In this document: in pieces, positions 27,047 to 36,146 of the stretch
Numbering within the stretch: the first letter of the stretch is position 1
How the letters are laid out: the number at the start of each line of letters is the position of its first letter
Origin: a virus
Lineage: Duplodnaviria; Caudoviricetes
DNA: 64,000 nucleotides
IMG/VR virus record: IMGVR_UViG_2821731843_000002
Direction: 5' to 3' (one strand)
Notes under the pieces: model-generated
The model's database searches: none
Told to the model about the DNA's origin: nothing
Seen by the model: the letters and a program-made list of their open reading frames with translations, nothing else
Program-made: the position numbers and the translations under genes

Positions 27047-27498
27047 TTCCGATGCTCCAACCAGTCAAAATCAATACCAGCACGTACACCCCAGGCCTTC
27101 AGAGCTTGGATCACAGCGTTGATTTGTTTGTGATCGCGTAGCATGTCGACGTCGGCAGGCACTGAGCCCCAGGTGTTGCCAAACTGGTCCCGAATGAACT
27201 TGTTGAGCCCGGCGCGGCTGGGATCGCGCAATTCGCTTGCCTCCCCGAGCTTTGTCCAAATCACATGCACCAGGCGCAGATCTGGGCGCGGCGCAGCTTT
27301 GTGCTTTTTCTTGCCTTTTGAAGAGGTTTTAAAGCCGTCGGCTTTGAGCCGTTTAAGCACCTTCAATAGGTCGTCGTCGCTCATGTCTTTCATCGAGTGC
27401 TTACCGGTCACAACAAGCTGCAAGGCACGGCGCGCGTCACCGTCCAGGCCAAGTTCGCGGCACCCGATGTGGATCTTTTGCTGCAGGGCGCGGTTCAT
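27043..27498 (-). CDS. GemA / Mu gp16 family protein (DUF1018)
   Basis: KIHIGCRELGLD...GKHSMKDM...VIQALKAW. Confidence 0.85.
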   Translation of the reverse strand: MNRALQQKIHIGCRELGLDGDARRALQLVVTGKHSMKDMSDDDLLKVLKRLKADGFKTSSKGKKKHKAAPRPDLRLVHVIWTKLGEASELRDPSRAGLNKFIRDQFGNTWGSVPADVDMLRDHKQINAVIQALKAWGVRAGIDFDWLEHRN

Positions 27499-27752
27499 CA
27501 GGACACCTCGTCTAAGAAGGGTGCAACCGGGTGAGACGTCGCCACGTCGGCTTCCATCCGGCGCATGGTGGTTTCCATTTCTTGGCGCGCGATGGTGTCA
27601 AACTCACCGGGTTCCATTTTGGAAAGAGCTGCGTCCGTTTTAAGCACCGAGAGCCGGGCCCCTAAAACCAAGGAAGCCCGCCGTTGTTTGATCGCAAAGG
27701 CGGTGAAGCTGCTGCGCAGGGCCTGGCGCATTTCTGTTTTACTCTTTGCCAT
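27498..27752 (-). CDS. Hypothetical early/middle protein
   Basis: 84 aa, operon-coupled to its neighbours. Confidence 0.55.
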   Translation of the reverse strand: MAKSKTEMRQALRSSFTAFAIKQRRASLVLGARLSVLKTDAALSKMEPGEFDTIARQEMETTMRRMEADVATSHPVAPFLDEVS

Positions 27753-27779
27753 TCTAGGGTCCTTTCTTGGGTTGGGGCT

Positions 27780-28487
27780 TCAGGCTTTTGCCAAATCAAT
27801 GGTGATGTGCTGCCACTTGGCATCCAGTGTGGGACGTCGGTAGCAGCGCACATAAGTGGATTTACCCACCACACGCATGGCGTCGCGAATGGCCTGCATG
27901 GCGCGTGTCCAGCGGGTGTCCTGGATGTCCAGTTGCAAGAGTTTGTAAATCTCGGCGCGATTGATCTGGCCTTCTTTGTCGGTGTTGAAGGCATTGGTGA
28001 CGATGGCTTGCAATTCGACCGGGGCTTCGGCGGACCATTCATTCAGGCATTCGTCAACAAGGCCCTTGGCAACCTGCAGTTCGGGACCAAAGTCAAATTG
28101 GTCGGCCACCGCCACTTGAACCTTAAATAGGCCATCAAAGCTCATCAGGGTTTTGTTGCCTCGTTTGCCGCCAATGGTGGACCCGTATTCCTGTTCCAGG
28201 ATCGCCTCAAAGTCTCCAATGTCGTCAAAGACATGTTCCTTGAAACGGGCGGTCTGGGTGCTGAGCGCCAAGGCGTATCCGGCAATCTTGCGCACCGTTT
28301 CGTCCTGGAGCTGGTCCTGGGCTTTGACCAGGTCAATAGGCACCAGGCCGCCCTTGGTATCGGTCATGTAGGTATTGCCGTTTGCGGTTACGCGACCGTC
28401 GGATATTGGTTCGGGCTCAAATTGGCTTGGGGTTTGGGTGGTCAATGGATCTGCTCCGTTTTGCGGGCTTCGTTCAGGATTTTGCAT
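27780..28487 (-). CDS. DUF3164 family protein
   Basis: YMTDTKGGLVP, GGKRGNKTLMSFDG, KSTYVRCY. GGAGG before the ATG at 28487. Confidence 0.85.
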   Translation of the reverse strand: MQNPERSPQNGADPLTTQTPSQFEPEPISDGRVTANGNTYMTDTKGGLVPIDLVKAQDQLQDETVRKIAGYALALSTQTARFKEHVFDDIGDFEAILEQEYGSTIGGKRGNKTLMSFDGLFKVQVAVADQFDFGPELQVAKGLVDECLNEWSAEAPVELQAIVTNAFNTDKEGQINRAEIYKLLQLDIQDTRWTRAMQAIRDAMRVVGKSTYVRCYRRPTLDAKWQHITIDLAKA

Positions 28488-28935
28488 CTGCAAACCTCCG
28501 GGATTTGAAGACAAGTTTGACGTCGGCTTCGGGCGTTGCTGTGTCCGCCGGTTTGGTGGATTTCGGGTCGTTGCGCGGGCACTTCCGGCAAAACCGGGTC
28601 ATCAGAACACGCTGAGGATCAGAGGACGTGCCGCGCCGGATTTCATCGCGCCAATGCAGGCAGATCTCGGAAGCGATTTCACCGATGGCCGGGCAGTCAA
28701 TGTCGCCGCTGATGTAGATCTCGCGCACCCGCATGGCGACGTTGTCATAGCTGCCCTGATAGCTCTTTCGAATAACCTGGCTAACGGCTGCGGCGCTGAT
28801 ACCAAGGCGGGCTGCAACCTTGTTCTGCGAGCTGCCGTCGCACTCTTTGATCAGGGTCATGATCCAATCGGGGAGCTCGTCGCCCCAGGCATCTTGCGCC
28901 ACAATCTCACGGTCGCTGATTATGAGGTTGCCCAT
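28474..28935 (-). CDS. HTH-containing early protein with Cys-rich C-terminus
   Basis: SQNKVAARLGISAAAVSQV, then CPAIGEI...C...CRKCP. Confidence 0.7.
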   Translation of the reverse strand: MGNLIISDREIVAQDAWGDELPDWIMTLIKECDGSSQNKVAARLGISAAAVSQVIRKSYQGSYDNVAMRVREIYISGDIDCPAIGEIASEICLHWRDEIRRGTSSDPQRVLMTRFCRKCPRNDPKSTKPADTATPEADVKLVFKSRRFADAKS

Positions 28936-29804
28936 GTGACCTCCTCCCCCTGGACATAGACAACACGGCCCTCGTTCGGGTCGACCACGACGGGAAGACG
29001 TTTAATCGTTGGGGGCAGCGGGCCTGTGTCGCGCACCAGGTGGTAGCGAACCGATTGCGCCGAGGTGCGGCCCCGGCGGCTGTCTTTCAGATACCCGGCT
29101 TTTTCCAATGTCGAGCAGTAACTGCGGATGCCCTTTTCTGAGAACTCGCCTTCAAACCCGGCAAAGGTCATCAGCATGTCCTCAACGGTGAACTTGTTCG
29201 CAGCCCGCATTGCCGTCCAAATCCGGCCTTCCGTGGACAGACGTTTGTCCTTGGCCCGGTTCATGATTTCCAAGGTCGAGAACGCGGTATAGTAGGGCTT
29301 GCCATTGTCATAACCGGCAGATCTCAGCAGGCCGGCGTTTTCCAGGGACCTCAAAAACAATGTGGTCTTGTTATCCGGGGCGATTTTCTGCGCCAGGACA
29401 AGATCGCGGGTGAACCGGAGCTGCTGGCGCACAAAATCCCAAAGCTTTTTCTCTTCTGGCGTTTGCGGCGTCCAGGCCTGCACGGGCAGGGCCGTGTCCT
29501 GGAATGCGGAAATCTTGGAACCCAGCCTGTCAGAGCGCCATTGCGCATCCATAGCGCTGGTATCAATCAAAGCTGCATCGCCCGATAGGCTGGCCGGATC
29601 TTGCGCGGTGTAATAGCGAATGTTGCCCTTGCGCTGATAGAGTTTGACCAGGTTCAGGCGGGCCAGACTACGCAGGTAGTTGGTCCGCTTCCAATCCCCG
29701 GCAGCACAGAAGGCATCGACATCAGCGTGGGTGAACACCTGGCGCGATTGGATGAATTGCCAGATTTCCTGCTCATGTGCCCCGGATGGGGCGTGTGCGC
29801 TCAT
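28920..29804 (-). CDS. Hypothetical winged-helix-repeat protein downstream of B
   Basis: 294 aa with three similar wHTH-like units (YLRSLARLNL, FLRSLENAGL, YCSTLEKAGY). Confidence 0.7.
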   Translation of the reverse strand: MSAHAPSGAHEQEIWQFIQSRQVFTHADVDAFCAAGDWKRTNYLRSLARLNLVKLYQRKGNIRYYTAQDPASLSGDAALIDTSAMDAQWRSDRLGSKISAFQDTALPVQAWTPQTPEEKKLWDFVRQQLRFTRDLVLAQKIAPDNKTTLFLRSLENAGLLRSAGYDNGKPYYTAFSTLEIMNRAKDKRLSTEGRIWTAMRAANKFTVEDMLMTFAGFEGEFSEKGIRSYCSTLEKAGYLKDSRRGRTSAQSVRYHLVRDTGPLPPTIKRLPVVVDPNEGRVVYVQGEEVTWATS

Positions 29805-30543
29805 AGGGCACCCCCAACCGCTAGAAACTCATTCCCGGCGGGAAAGGGTTCCTTGCCCCAGTCCTTTAGGGTGACTTTCTGCATGTTCCAGGTGCGGGCC
29901 ATGGTTCTGACATGGGCGATGCAGGTGCAAATCTCGCGCACCTTGCCACGTCTTTCCGAGACAATATGCTCCAGCAAATCTGGGGAGATTTCAACGCCAC
30001 GGCCATAATACCCCGCAAGGGATTGGGCATCGTCCAGACTAGCCGGGTGAGCCGTGACCCGCTGCATGACACGGCTGGCGATGGCAGTGTATTTGGCCAG
30101 TTTCGCCGGGAAGTCATAAGGGCCAATCAGGATCAGCGGCACGTCTGAGCGGTCATGCAAGAACCGGATACTGTCAATCATCCGGGGTTTCAGGGCGTGG
30201 TCGGCCTCGTCAATGACCAGGGTGCGCCCAGCCTGGGCCAGGCTTTCCTGGGCGCGCATTTCCAGATAGGCGGTGGAGCCTTTCTCGCGGGCCCCAGCTC
30301 GTTCAGGATCTTCTCAAACAGGAACTTACTGGTGTAATTGTTGGTCAGCTGAATATGCAGGATATCCTGGTGCGCCGAGGCAAACATTGCGGCATGGGTT
30401 TTGCCCACTCCGGGTTCGCCGTGAAGGACACCGATGCCGGGCAGGCCTATGTCACGGTTTTCCAGCGTCTCTATCAGCGAGGCCAATAGGTAAACATTGG
30501 TGAGCGGCTTTACATATTCGCCGAGTTTTGTTCTCTGTAACAT
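29801..30543 (-). pseudogene. Transposition AAA+ ATPase (MuB-like), split by one 1-bp deletion
   Basis: Walker A GEPGVGKT in 30190-30543 and Walker B LVIDEAD in 29801-30259. The frames join if one C is restored in GGGCCCGCGAG near 30290. May be an assembly error. Confidence 0.85.
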
Positions 30544-30591
30544 TGGTACCTCTGCTTCTTAGGTGTGCCATTGGGACGGCGTTTTTGGCGA

Positions 30592-32719
30592 TCAACCGGC
30601 GTCGTCCCGTTTGGCAAATTCTTCTACTTTCTGAAAACCGCGATACTCGGGCAGCTCGATGTAGCTGCGCAGCCAATCGGCCTCGCCACTGCCAACCCGT
30701 TTCCCGGCGTCTGATTTCGCGATGATGTCTTTGGCGTCTTGGAACCGCTCTTTGGGGGTTGAAGCGGGTTGAAACCGCCCAACGGCCTTGGGTTTTGGAT
30801 CTAATTTCGCCTTGTCCTTCACCCGCTGCTCGAAGGCTTGCCGCGCCTCAACCACTACTGGATCTGACGTGACCTGATGGCGAGGAACCGACACGGTCTT
30901 TTGCTGAAAACCGGTTTCACAACCTTGGCTTCAACCAATTCCGATTGCGTCGCCGCTCGGGCGGTCCTGTCGGCGGCAATCTCTTGAACGGACAGAGGGC
31001 GGTGGGCCTTCAGAAGCTCCTTTTGTGCTCTCTTGATCCTGTGATTACGGCGTTCAACTTCCTTGGCCCCGGTAACGTTGAAGAACCCGACTGTTTGCCG
31101 ACATTCGGCAAATCCGAGGTAAGACCCGTCGAGCTCGTAGATATGAACACCGGAATGCAGATCCTCTGGATCAAATCGGGCCACAATCTTTTGCCAGCCC
31201 GCTCAGACATCCAGTCTGAATGATAGAAGTTCCTGAACAGTTGGAGCTGGCCGTTGTCCTTGTTCAGCTTGCCGGTCTCTTGACCCATCAGCCAAAGGCG
31301 ACGTTGATCCTCGGTTGCCTTGCGGATAGGGGCTGTGGCGTAGCTCTCCGCAAATGTCTCGTCGAAGGATCGCCCCCGTGCAGTAGGGGACAATCGGCCC
31401 TCGCGTAAATTGTGCTCCTCAACTCCTTCAGCCACAACCTTCACAAAATCGTCTAGAGGGATCGCACGATTGCCGTAGTTTTCGGGTTTGGCATCTGGAC
31501 GGTTGCCAGTATAAGCGCCGTCAAAGCGGGGTCTAAAGCGATGTCCTTTGCAAAATCCCGGAACCCACGTTCAATCGGTTTAGATTGGCCACTTGCGGGC
31601 TTGGCCCAGTGAACTTGAATGCCCAGATTGGGAAGCACACCAAGGGGATCGTCTTTGCGCACCTTAAAGCGAAAGCGGTTCGGAATGCCGCCGGTGAGCC
31701 ATTTACCGGTAAACTCCCGTCCGTTGTCGAACAGGCAATGGCTAGGATGCCCCAGGTTTCGACCAATTCGCCAAAGGCGGCCATGACCATTACCATGTTG
31801 GGTGAATGATCGATGCGCCAGCTCAACATCTTGCCGGAATAGAGATCCTGGAAGGCAACGATCTGGGGCCTGTTTATGGTGCCGTCGGGCCAGCGCACGA
31901 AGACGTCAAACTTGTGGCAATCGGCGTTAACGCCTTCGAGCGCCGTCAGGGTGGTACGGTCCCGGATCTGCGCCGGAAAACAGCGCAACAAGCCCGCAAA
32001 ACCTTCACGGGCCAACACTTGGCAAAGGCGCGGTACTTCATCGTCCAATCGCCGCTTTGCAGTCTTGCTGATCAGGATGTCCCAACCCTCATGCTTGGCT
32101 TTTTGCAGGCAGCGCGATAGCATTGGGCAAATGTTGGTGGTCCTTGGCGCAGATAATCGCTTGTTAAATAGTCCATAAACGCTTGGGTGCAGGCCGCCTT
32201 ATTGGGCTTGCGAACAGCCAAACGGTTACGCGGCACCAGATAGGCCAGGCGGTCCTCAGGGGCGACGCCTTCAACCATGCCGATCCAGTTGTAGACACTG
32301 CGGGCAGAGGAGCCACATTGGCGCGCGGCCTCGGCCACGGCGTGAACATGGGTAACGCCGGACTGGTGCAGACCTTCCACCATTTGCAGCGCAGCCAGCC
32401 GGGTTCTAGCCTTGGTCTTTGCAGTTTCCGGCAGGCTATCAAATGCGGCCCAGGCATTGCCCCGGTCCGGGCGTTCGTCAGGGGTCTCAGCGGCATCTGT
32501 CAGCAGCTTGCGCCGTGCTGCTAAGGGCAACACCGACCAGTGATATATCCAGCCGCCACCGCGTCCAACCTTGCGCTTGGCGCAGCCTTCAATGGCGCGC
32601 CAGCCGAACCGCTGTGCCAGCAGGTTTATGCCTGGTTTGCTGCCCGGCAGTTCGGGCAGGCCAGAGTTGGCCAGCTCTTCAACTGTCCACCAGATCTGTT
32701 TGGGTTCAACGACGCTCAT
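30592..32719 (-). pseudogene. DDE transposase (MuA-like), split into six frames by five 1-bp deletions
   Basis: N-terminal Mu-type DNA-binding domain (WWTVEELA...FGW), catalytic segments NADCHKFDV, LFDNGREF and KPIERGFRD. Breaks near 32117, 31748, 31528, 31190 and 30900. May be assembly errors. Confidence 0.9.
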
Positions 32720-32723
32720 TTGG

Positions 32724-33632
32724 TCACCCCGCCCGTTTGCTGGTGAAGGGGACGATTTCGGCATCTGTTTCCAGGGCTTCGTCGCTAACGACTAGGGCGT
32801 CTTTGCCCAGTAGCTCCAGCAGCTCGTCGCGGTGATCCTCGGCAAACCTCCGCCGGGCTTCTTTTGGGGCCCGTGAATAGGCGTCGTTTAGTTTTCTGCG
32901 CGCTGCCTCAACCGGGTCTTTAACTGCAGTTCCGGGGGATTTCTTACGGGCCAGAACTTCCTTGGCGGATTTGGCGGTGCCATCGCCCAGGGCGCGACAA
33001 ATGTCATACCGATCCGTTGTTGTTCCGCACTTGGCTATCTCTTGCAGGTCGGAAAGGGAGACCCGCTTAGGAGCGTCTCGGAGTTCTTGGATTTCACGGG
33101 GGCCAAGGGACCGGCCCGCAGCAACAAGGCGGCGAACTGTGCGCTCGTCGACGCCCATTTTGTCGGCTGTTGCGGTTACAAATGATACGACGGACATGTT
33201 GTCCGCCGTATCCCAACGTTTTGCGACCAAGTCTGCCCCGGTTGCTGCTTTTGTCTCAGGATAGGCCCGTTCATACACTTCTTTGCGACGGGCAAGGAAT
33301 ACTGCCAAATCCAAAGTGTTAAGTTCGGCATGTGCCAGGTTGTCGTCGATCTCGGCGAGGTCTGCCCAGTCGTCTGTGCAATCCCAGACCTTGGCGGGGA
33401 TTACATCGCGACCCAGGGCGCGAAACGCTGCCATCCGGTGACCGCCGGCAATCAGCCGTAGCTTGCCGGTTTTCTTGACTTTGCGGACTTGGATCTCGGA
33501 CATCAGACCTTGGGTCTCAATCGAGTGTGTCAGGCTTTTAACAGCCGTTTCAGACACCGGGCGCAGTCGGTTTGATGTGTCGATGTCATCAAGCGGGATT
33601 TCTGTAACTTCAATCAGGCGTGGGGGACGCAT
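32724..33632 (-). CDS. ParB N-terminal domain protein
   Basis: RLRPVS...SIETQGL...LIAGGHRMAA...AEIDDNL, followed by an HTH (TADKMGVDERTVRR). Confidence 0.85.
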   Translation of the reverse strand: MRPPRLIEVTEIPLDDIDTSNRLRPVSETAVKSLTHSIETQGLMSEIQVRKVKKTGKLRLIAGGHRMAAFRALGRDVIPAKVWDCTDDWADLAEIDDNLAHAELNTLDLAVFLARRKEVYERAYPETKAATGADLVAKRWDTADNMSVVSFVTATADKMGVDERTVRRLVAAGRSLGPREIQELRDAPKRVSLSDLQEIAKCGTTTDRYDICRALGDGTAKSAKEVLARKKSPGTAVKDPVEAARRKLNDAYSRAPKEARRRFAEDHRDELLELLGKDALVVSDEALETDAEIVPFTSKRAG

Positions 33633-33655
33633 GGGGGATGCTCCTAAATGAAAAA

Positions 33656-34087
33656 TTAGCGGGTAGGGGAGGGGGCTTGGGCGGCCTTGCGATTGCCGAC
33701 AAGACGGTTCCAGAGCGCAGTGAACCTAGTGCGATCTTTTGGTCGTGTACGCGCCAGTTTTTCCCGCTCAACAGCCTTCTGGAACTGATCGCGGTTGACG
33801 AGGAAACGCTGGCAGTTGGCAAGCGTTCGGTCGTTCAATAATGCTGTGGCCCAGGCGGCCACCTTTTCCTGTGCCAGGCATTCTGCCTCGACCGTATCGT
33901 CGAGATCGTGGGCAATACTCTCTGCGGATGCAGACCCGGCTTTCACTGAGGCCAGTTGCTCTGTCAGATCCGCTCTGAGGGCCGCGAGGCGTGTGTGCCT
34001 GGCAACGGCTTCTATCAAGCCGGATAGGCGTTCTGGCGCTGTCATTGGCGCTGTCGCCATGGCCTGACATTGGTGTTCAAAAGTCAT
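33656..34087 (-). CDS. Hypothetical early protein
   Basis: 143 aa from the ATG at 34087, which overlaps the upstream stop (ATGA). Confidence 0.6.
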   Translation of the reverse strand: MTFEHQCQAMATAPMTAPERLSGLIEAVARHTRLAALRADLTEQLASVKAGSASAESIAHDLDDTVEAECLAQEKVAAWATALLNDRTLANCQRFLVNRDQFQKAVEREKLARTRPKDRTRFTALWNRLVGNRKAAQAPSPTR

Positions 34088-34365
34088 CGAAAAATGTCTC
34101 CTGCTAAAAGTCCAATAATGAGTGTTATGAAAAGTGAGGCTGCGCCGAGGATCTCGCCGAGCCAGAAAAGGGCGGTGCCAAACCAAGCGCGTCGGCCCCA
34201 GCGTCTCTGCAGTAATGTGCAATGGCTGGGGCCCGTCTCCGCGAGTGTTGGGCAAGAATACAAAGCCCCCAGTGGCGCATCCCCATGGCCACCGGGAGAG
34301 TTGTCCAACCGGGCCCGAGCAGGAGCGTGGTTGGATTGGGAGTGAGTGTGAAAGGCATTTAGCAT
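34084..34365 (-). CDS. Hypothetical early protein with C-terminal hydrophobic segment
   Basis: 93 aa, overlapping both neighbours. Confidence 0.5.
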   Translation of the reverse strand: MLNAFHTHSQSNHAPARARLDNSPGGHGDAPLGALYSCPTLAETGPSHCTLLQRRWGRRAWFGTALFWLGEILGAASLFITLIIGLLAGDIFR

Positions 34366-34730
34366 TGGGCAGCACTCCTGGCGCTACGTTGGCTAGGTCG
34401 CCGACCAAGAGAGAGCGCCACTCGTTGGCGCTTGGGGCCGTGAAGCTCTTCAACATAGCCGCCATTCGACTTTAGGTGCGGCAGTACGTCGTGCTCTGGG
34501 GCGTCTACTTGATACCCAAGCGTGTGCAGGACGAGGCGAATAACTAACACAGATGGGTTTGCATCTTTGCCTTTGGCATCTTTGTCGTTTGCAAGGCGCC
34601 TTAAGTGCCTGCCAGTTATCCCACAGGACCGACCGAGCTCCTCATATGAAAGCTTTCCGAGCCCTTTGTTCTGGGCAGCGACTTCTTCACGTAAGAAGGC
34701 CGCGAATTGTTGTCCGCTCATTTGAGGCAT
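34359..34730 (-). CDS. Cro/Ner-like XRE HTH regulator, first early gene
   Basis: LSYEELGRSCGITGRHLRRL...NPSV. Divergent from the repressor. Confidence 0.75.
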   Translation of the reverse strand: MPQMSGQQFAAFLREEVAAQNKGLGKLSYEELGRSCGITGRHLRRLANDKDAKGKDANPSVLVIRLVLHTLGYQVDAPEHDVLPHLKSNGGYVEELHGPKRQRVALSLGRRPSQRSARSAAQC

Positions 34731-34762
34731 CTTTGGGTCCGCTATCTTCGGTTTGATATGTC

Positions 34763-34793
34763 TGAACGTTAGAAGTAAACTTCTATCAGTTCA
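34763..34793. promoter_or_regulatory. Candidate operator in the divergent switch region
   Basis: Palindrome TAGAAGT-aa-ACTTCTA (34770-34785) nested in TGAAC...GTTCA, with an extra ACTTCTA half-site at 34822-34828. Confidence 0.6.
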
Positions 34794-34890
34794 ACCCTAA
34801 AAGTCTCAATTTACGACAGATACTTCTATTTCGCCGTAAGCCGCACAACGCTTTCGGACTTATATTTCCGTTTGCAGGAATTATTATTCC

Positions 34891-35250
34891 ATGTATGTTG
34901 AGGCCATGATTGGTGCACTCGATAAAAAACAACCCACTAAAAATGGGGAGGTGGAGCTCTGGAGAAAGCGCCTGCGTCAGGCGTTGGAAGTTCGGGGTTT
35001 GGATTTTGACGAAGTGTCTGAAGCTGCTGATTGTAATCGGGAATATGTATCAAAAATGCTTGCGGGTCGGTTTAATCCGACTGTCGCGCGGCTGATGAGA
35101 ATTTGTGACGCCGGAAAGATAGATATGGCGTATCTGTTTTCTGAAGAGCCGAGCGAAGAGGAGCGTAATGTTCTTGAAAAGGCTGCAAACTTGTCCAAGG
35201 ACGATGCTGAGCTAGTCAGCCGGCTCATTAAGAGCGCCAGATCGAATTAA
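34891..35250 (+). CDS. Prophage repressor, XRE HTH without a peptidase S24 domain
   Basis: RLRQALEVRGLDFDEVSEAADCNREYVSKMLAGRFNPTV. 119 aa, divergent from the early operon. Confidence 0.8.
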   Translation: MYVEAMIGALDKKQPTKNGEVELWRKRLRQALEVRGLDFDEVSEAADCNREYVSKMLAGRFNPTVARLMRICDAGKIDMAYLFSEEPSEEERNVLEKAANLSKDDAELVSRLIKSARSN

Positions 35251-35373
35251 TTCGACCTTCCTAATGGCTTCTTTGAATATTTCTGTGCCTAAACGTGGCG
35301 ACTCCCGGTTGGCCTTGATTACCTGGTTCATGATTTTTTCTAAAATGTCTGCCGTCACTTGATGCTGTTTCAT
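35212..35373 (-). CDS. Small ORF (53 aa), divergent from luxR and convergent with the repressor
   Basis: MKQHQVTADILEKIMNQVIKANRESPRLGTEIFKEAIRKVELIRSGALNEPAD, amphipathic and helical. Overlaps the repressor 3' end by 39 bp. Confidence 0.5.
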   Translation of the reverse strand: MKQHQVTADILEKIMNQVIKANRESPRLGTEIFKEAIRKVELIRSGALNEPAD

Positions 35374-35392
35374 AATTCGACCTAATATTGGC

Positions 35393-35408
35393 TTATCACT
35401 TGTGATAA
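35393..35408. promoter_or_regulatory. Palindrome between the small ORF and luxR
   Basis: TTATCAC-tt-GTGATAA with perfect 7-bp arms. Confidence 0.55.
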
Positions 35409-35452
35409 TCGTATAAAGCGATAGTATCGAGAGCATTACATATCAAACGTGT

Positions 35453-36085
35453 GTGTCCAATATGAAAAGTGATATAAAAAGTTTTCTATTCAGAACTCTG
35501 GAAGAACTGTCAGACGGCGGTTATTCAGTGGGTGTTGGTTTCCAAGGAGTGGAACCGCATTTCGTCAAGTCGACCTATTCGTCAGATTGGGTTGAACGAT
35601 ACATCGAACAAAACTTCATTAAACAAGACCCAACAATTCAGTTTGGTCTATCCAGGTCAGCCTACGCTACTTGGGAAGACCTAGAGAAATTGTACCCAGA
35701 TTCGAAAGGCTTTTTCGCTGAGGCAAGGGCGTTTGGTTTGCTACGGGGCAATACCCTATCAGTATGTGTTAGAGGGCAAGTTTCAATTCTCAGTTGCTCT
35801 GGGGCACACTGGGACGATGCTGTATTGCGTACCGCAAGTGCGGCCCTTTACGGCTTGGCAGTATTGGTTGCGGACGTAGACACCAACAAATATGACCCGT
35901 TGTCTCCTCGCGAGAAGGAAGTTCTCAACCTCATGACTACCGGGTCGAAGGACCAAGAGATTGCGAACATCTTGAAAATTAAAGTTGAAACTGTCCGCGC
36001 TCGAAGACGAAGCGCCTTCCTGGCAACCAACACGACTACGATTGGCCAACTTATGTCAGAAGTGATAAAAAAGGACCTCATTTAG
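35453..36085 (+). CDS. luxR: LuxR-family AHL receptor / transcription factor
   Basis: Autoinducer-pocket pattern W-x3-Y-x8-DP (WVERYIEQNFIKQDP), a later W (ATW) and G. C-terminal HTH LSPREKEVL...EIANIL.IKVETVR. Confidence 0.92.
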   Translation: MSNMKSDIKSFLFRTLEELSDGGYSVGVGFQGVEPHFVKSTYSSDWVERYIEQNFIKQDPTIQFGLSRSAYATWEDLEKLYPDSKGFFAEARAFGLLRGNTLSVCVRGQVSILSCSGAHWDDAVLRTASAALYGLAVLVADVDTNKYDPLSPREKEVLNLMTTGSKDQEIANILKIKVETVRARRRSAFLATNTTTIGQLMSEVIKKDLI

Positions 36086-36146
36086 GAGTTCTTTGTTTCC
36101 AAAAGAGTGATGGTCCACAAAATGGCGCTGCAAGTTGGAGAGCGCC

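Noticed and set aside
30190-32764. Programmed frameshifting in A/B, or a Tn7/CAST element
   Set aside because: Six breaks without shared slippery heptamers do not fit recoding. No TnsA, TniQ/TnsD or cas genes are present, and the TGT...ACA ends enclose a full phage.
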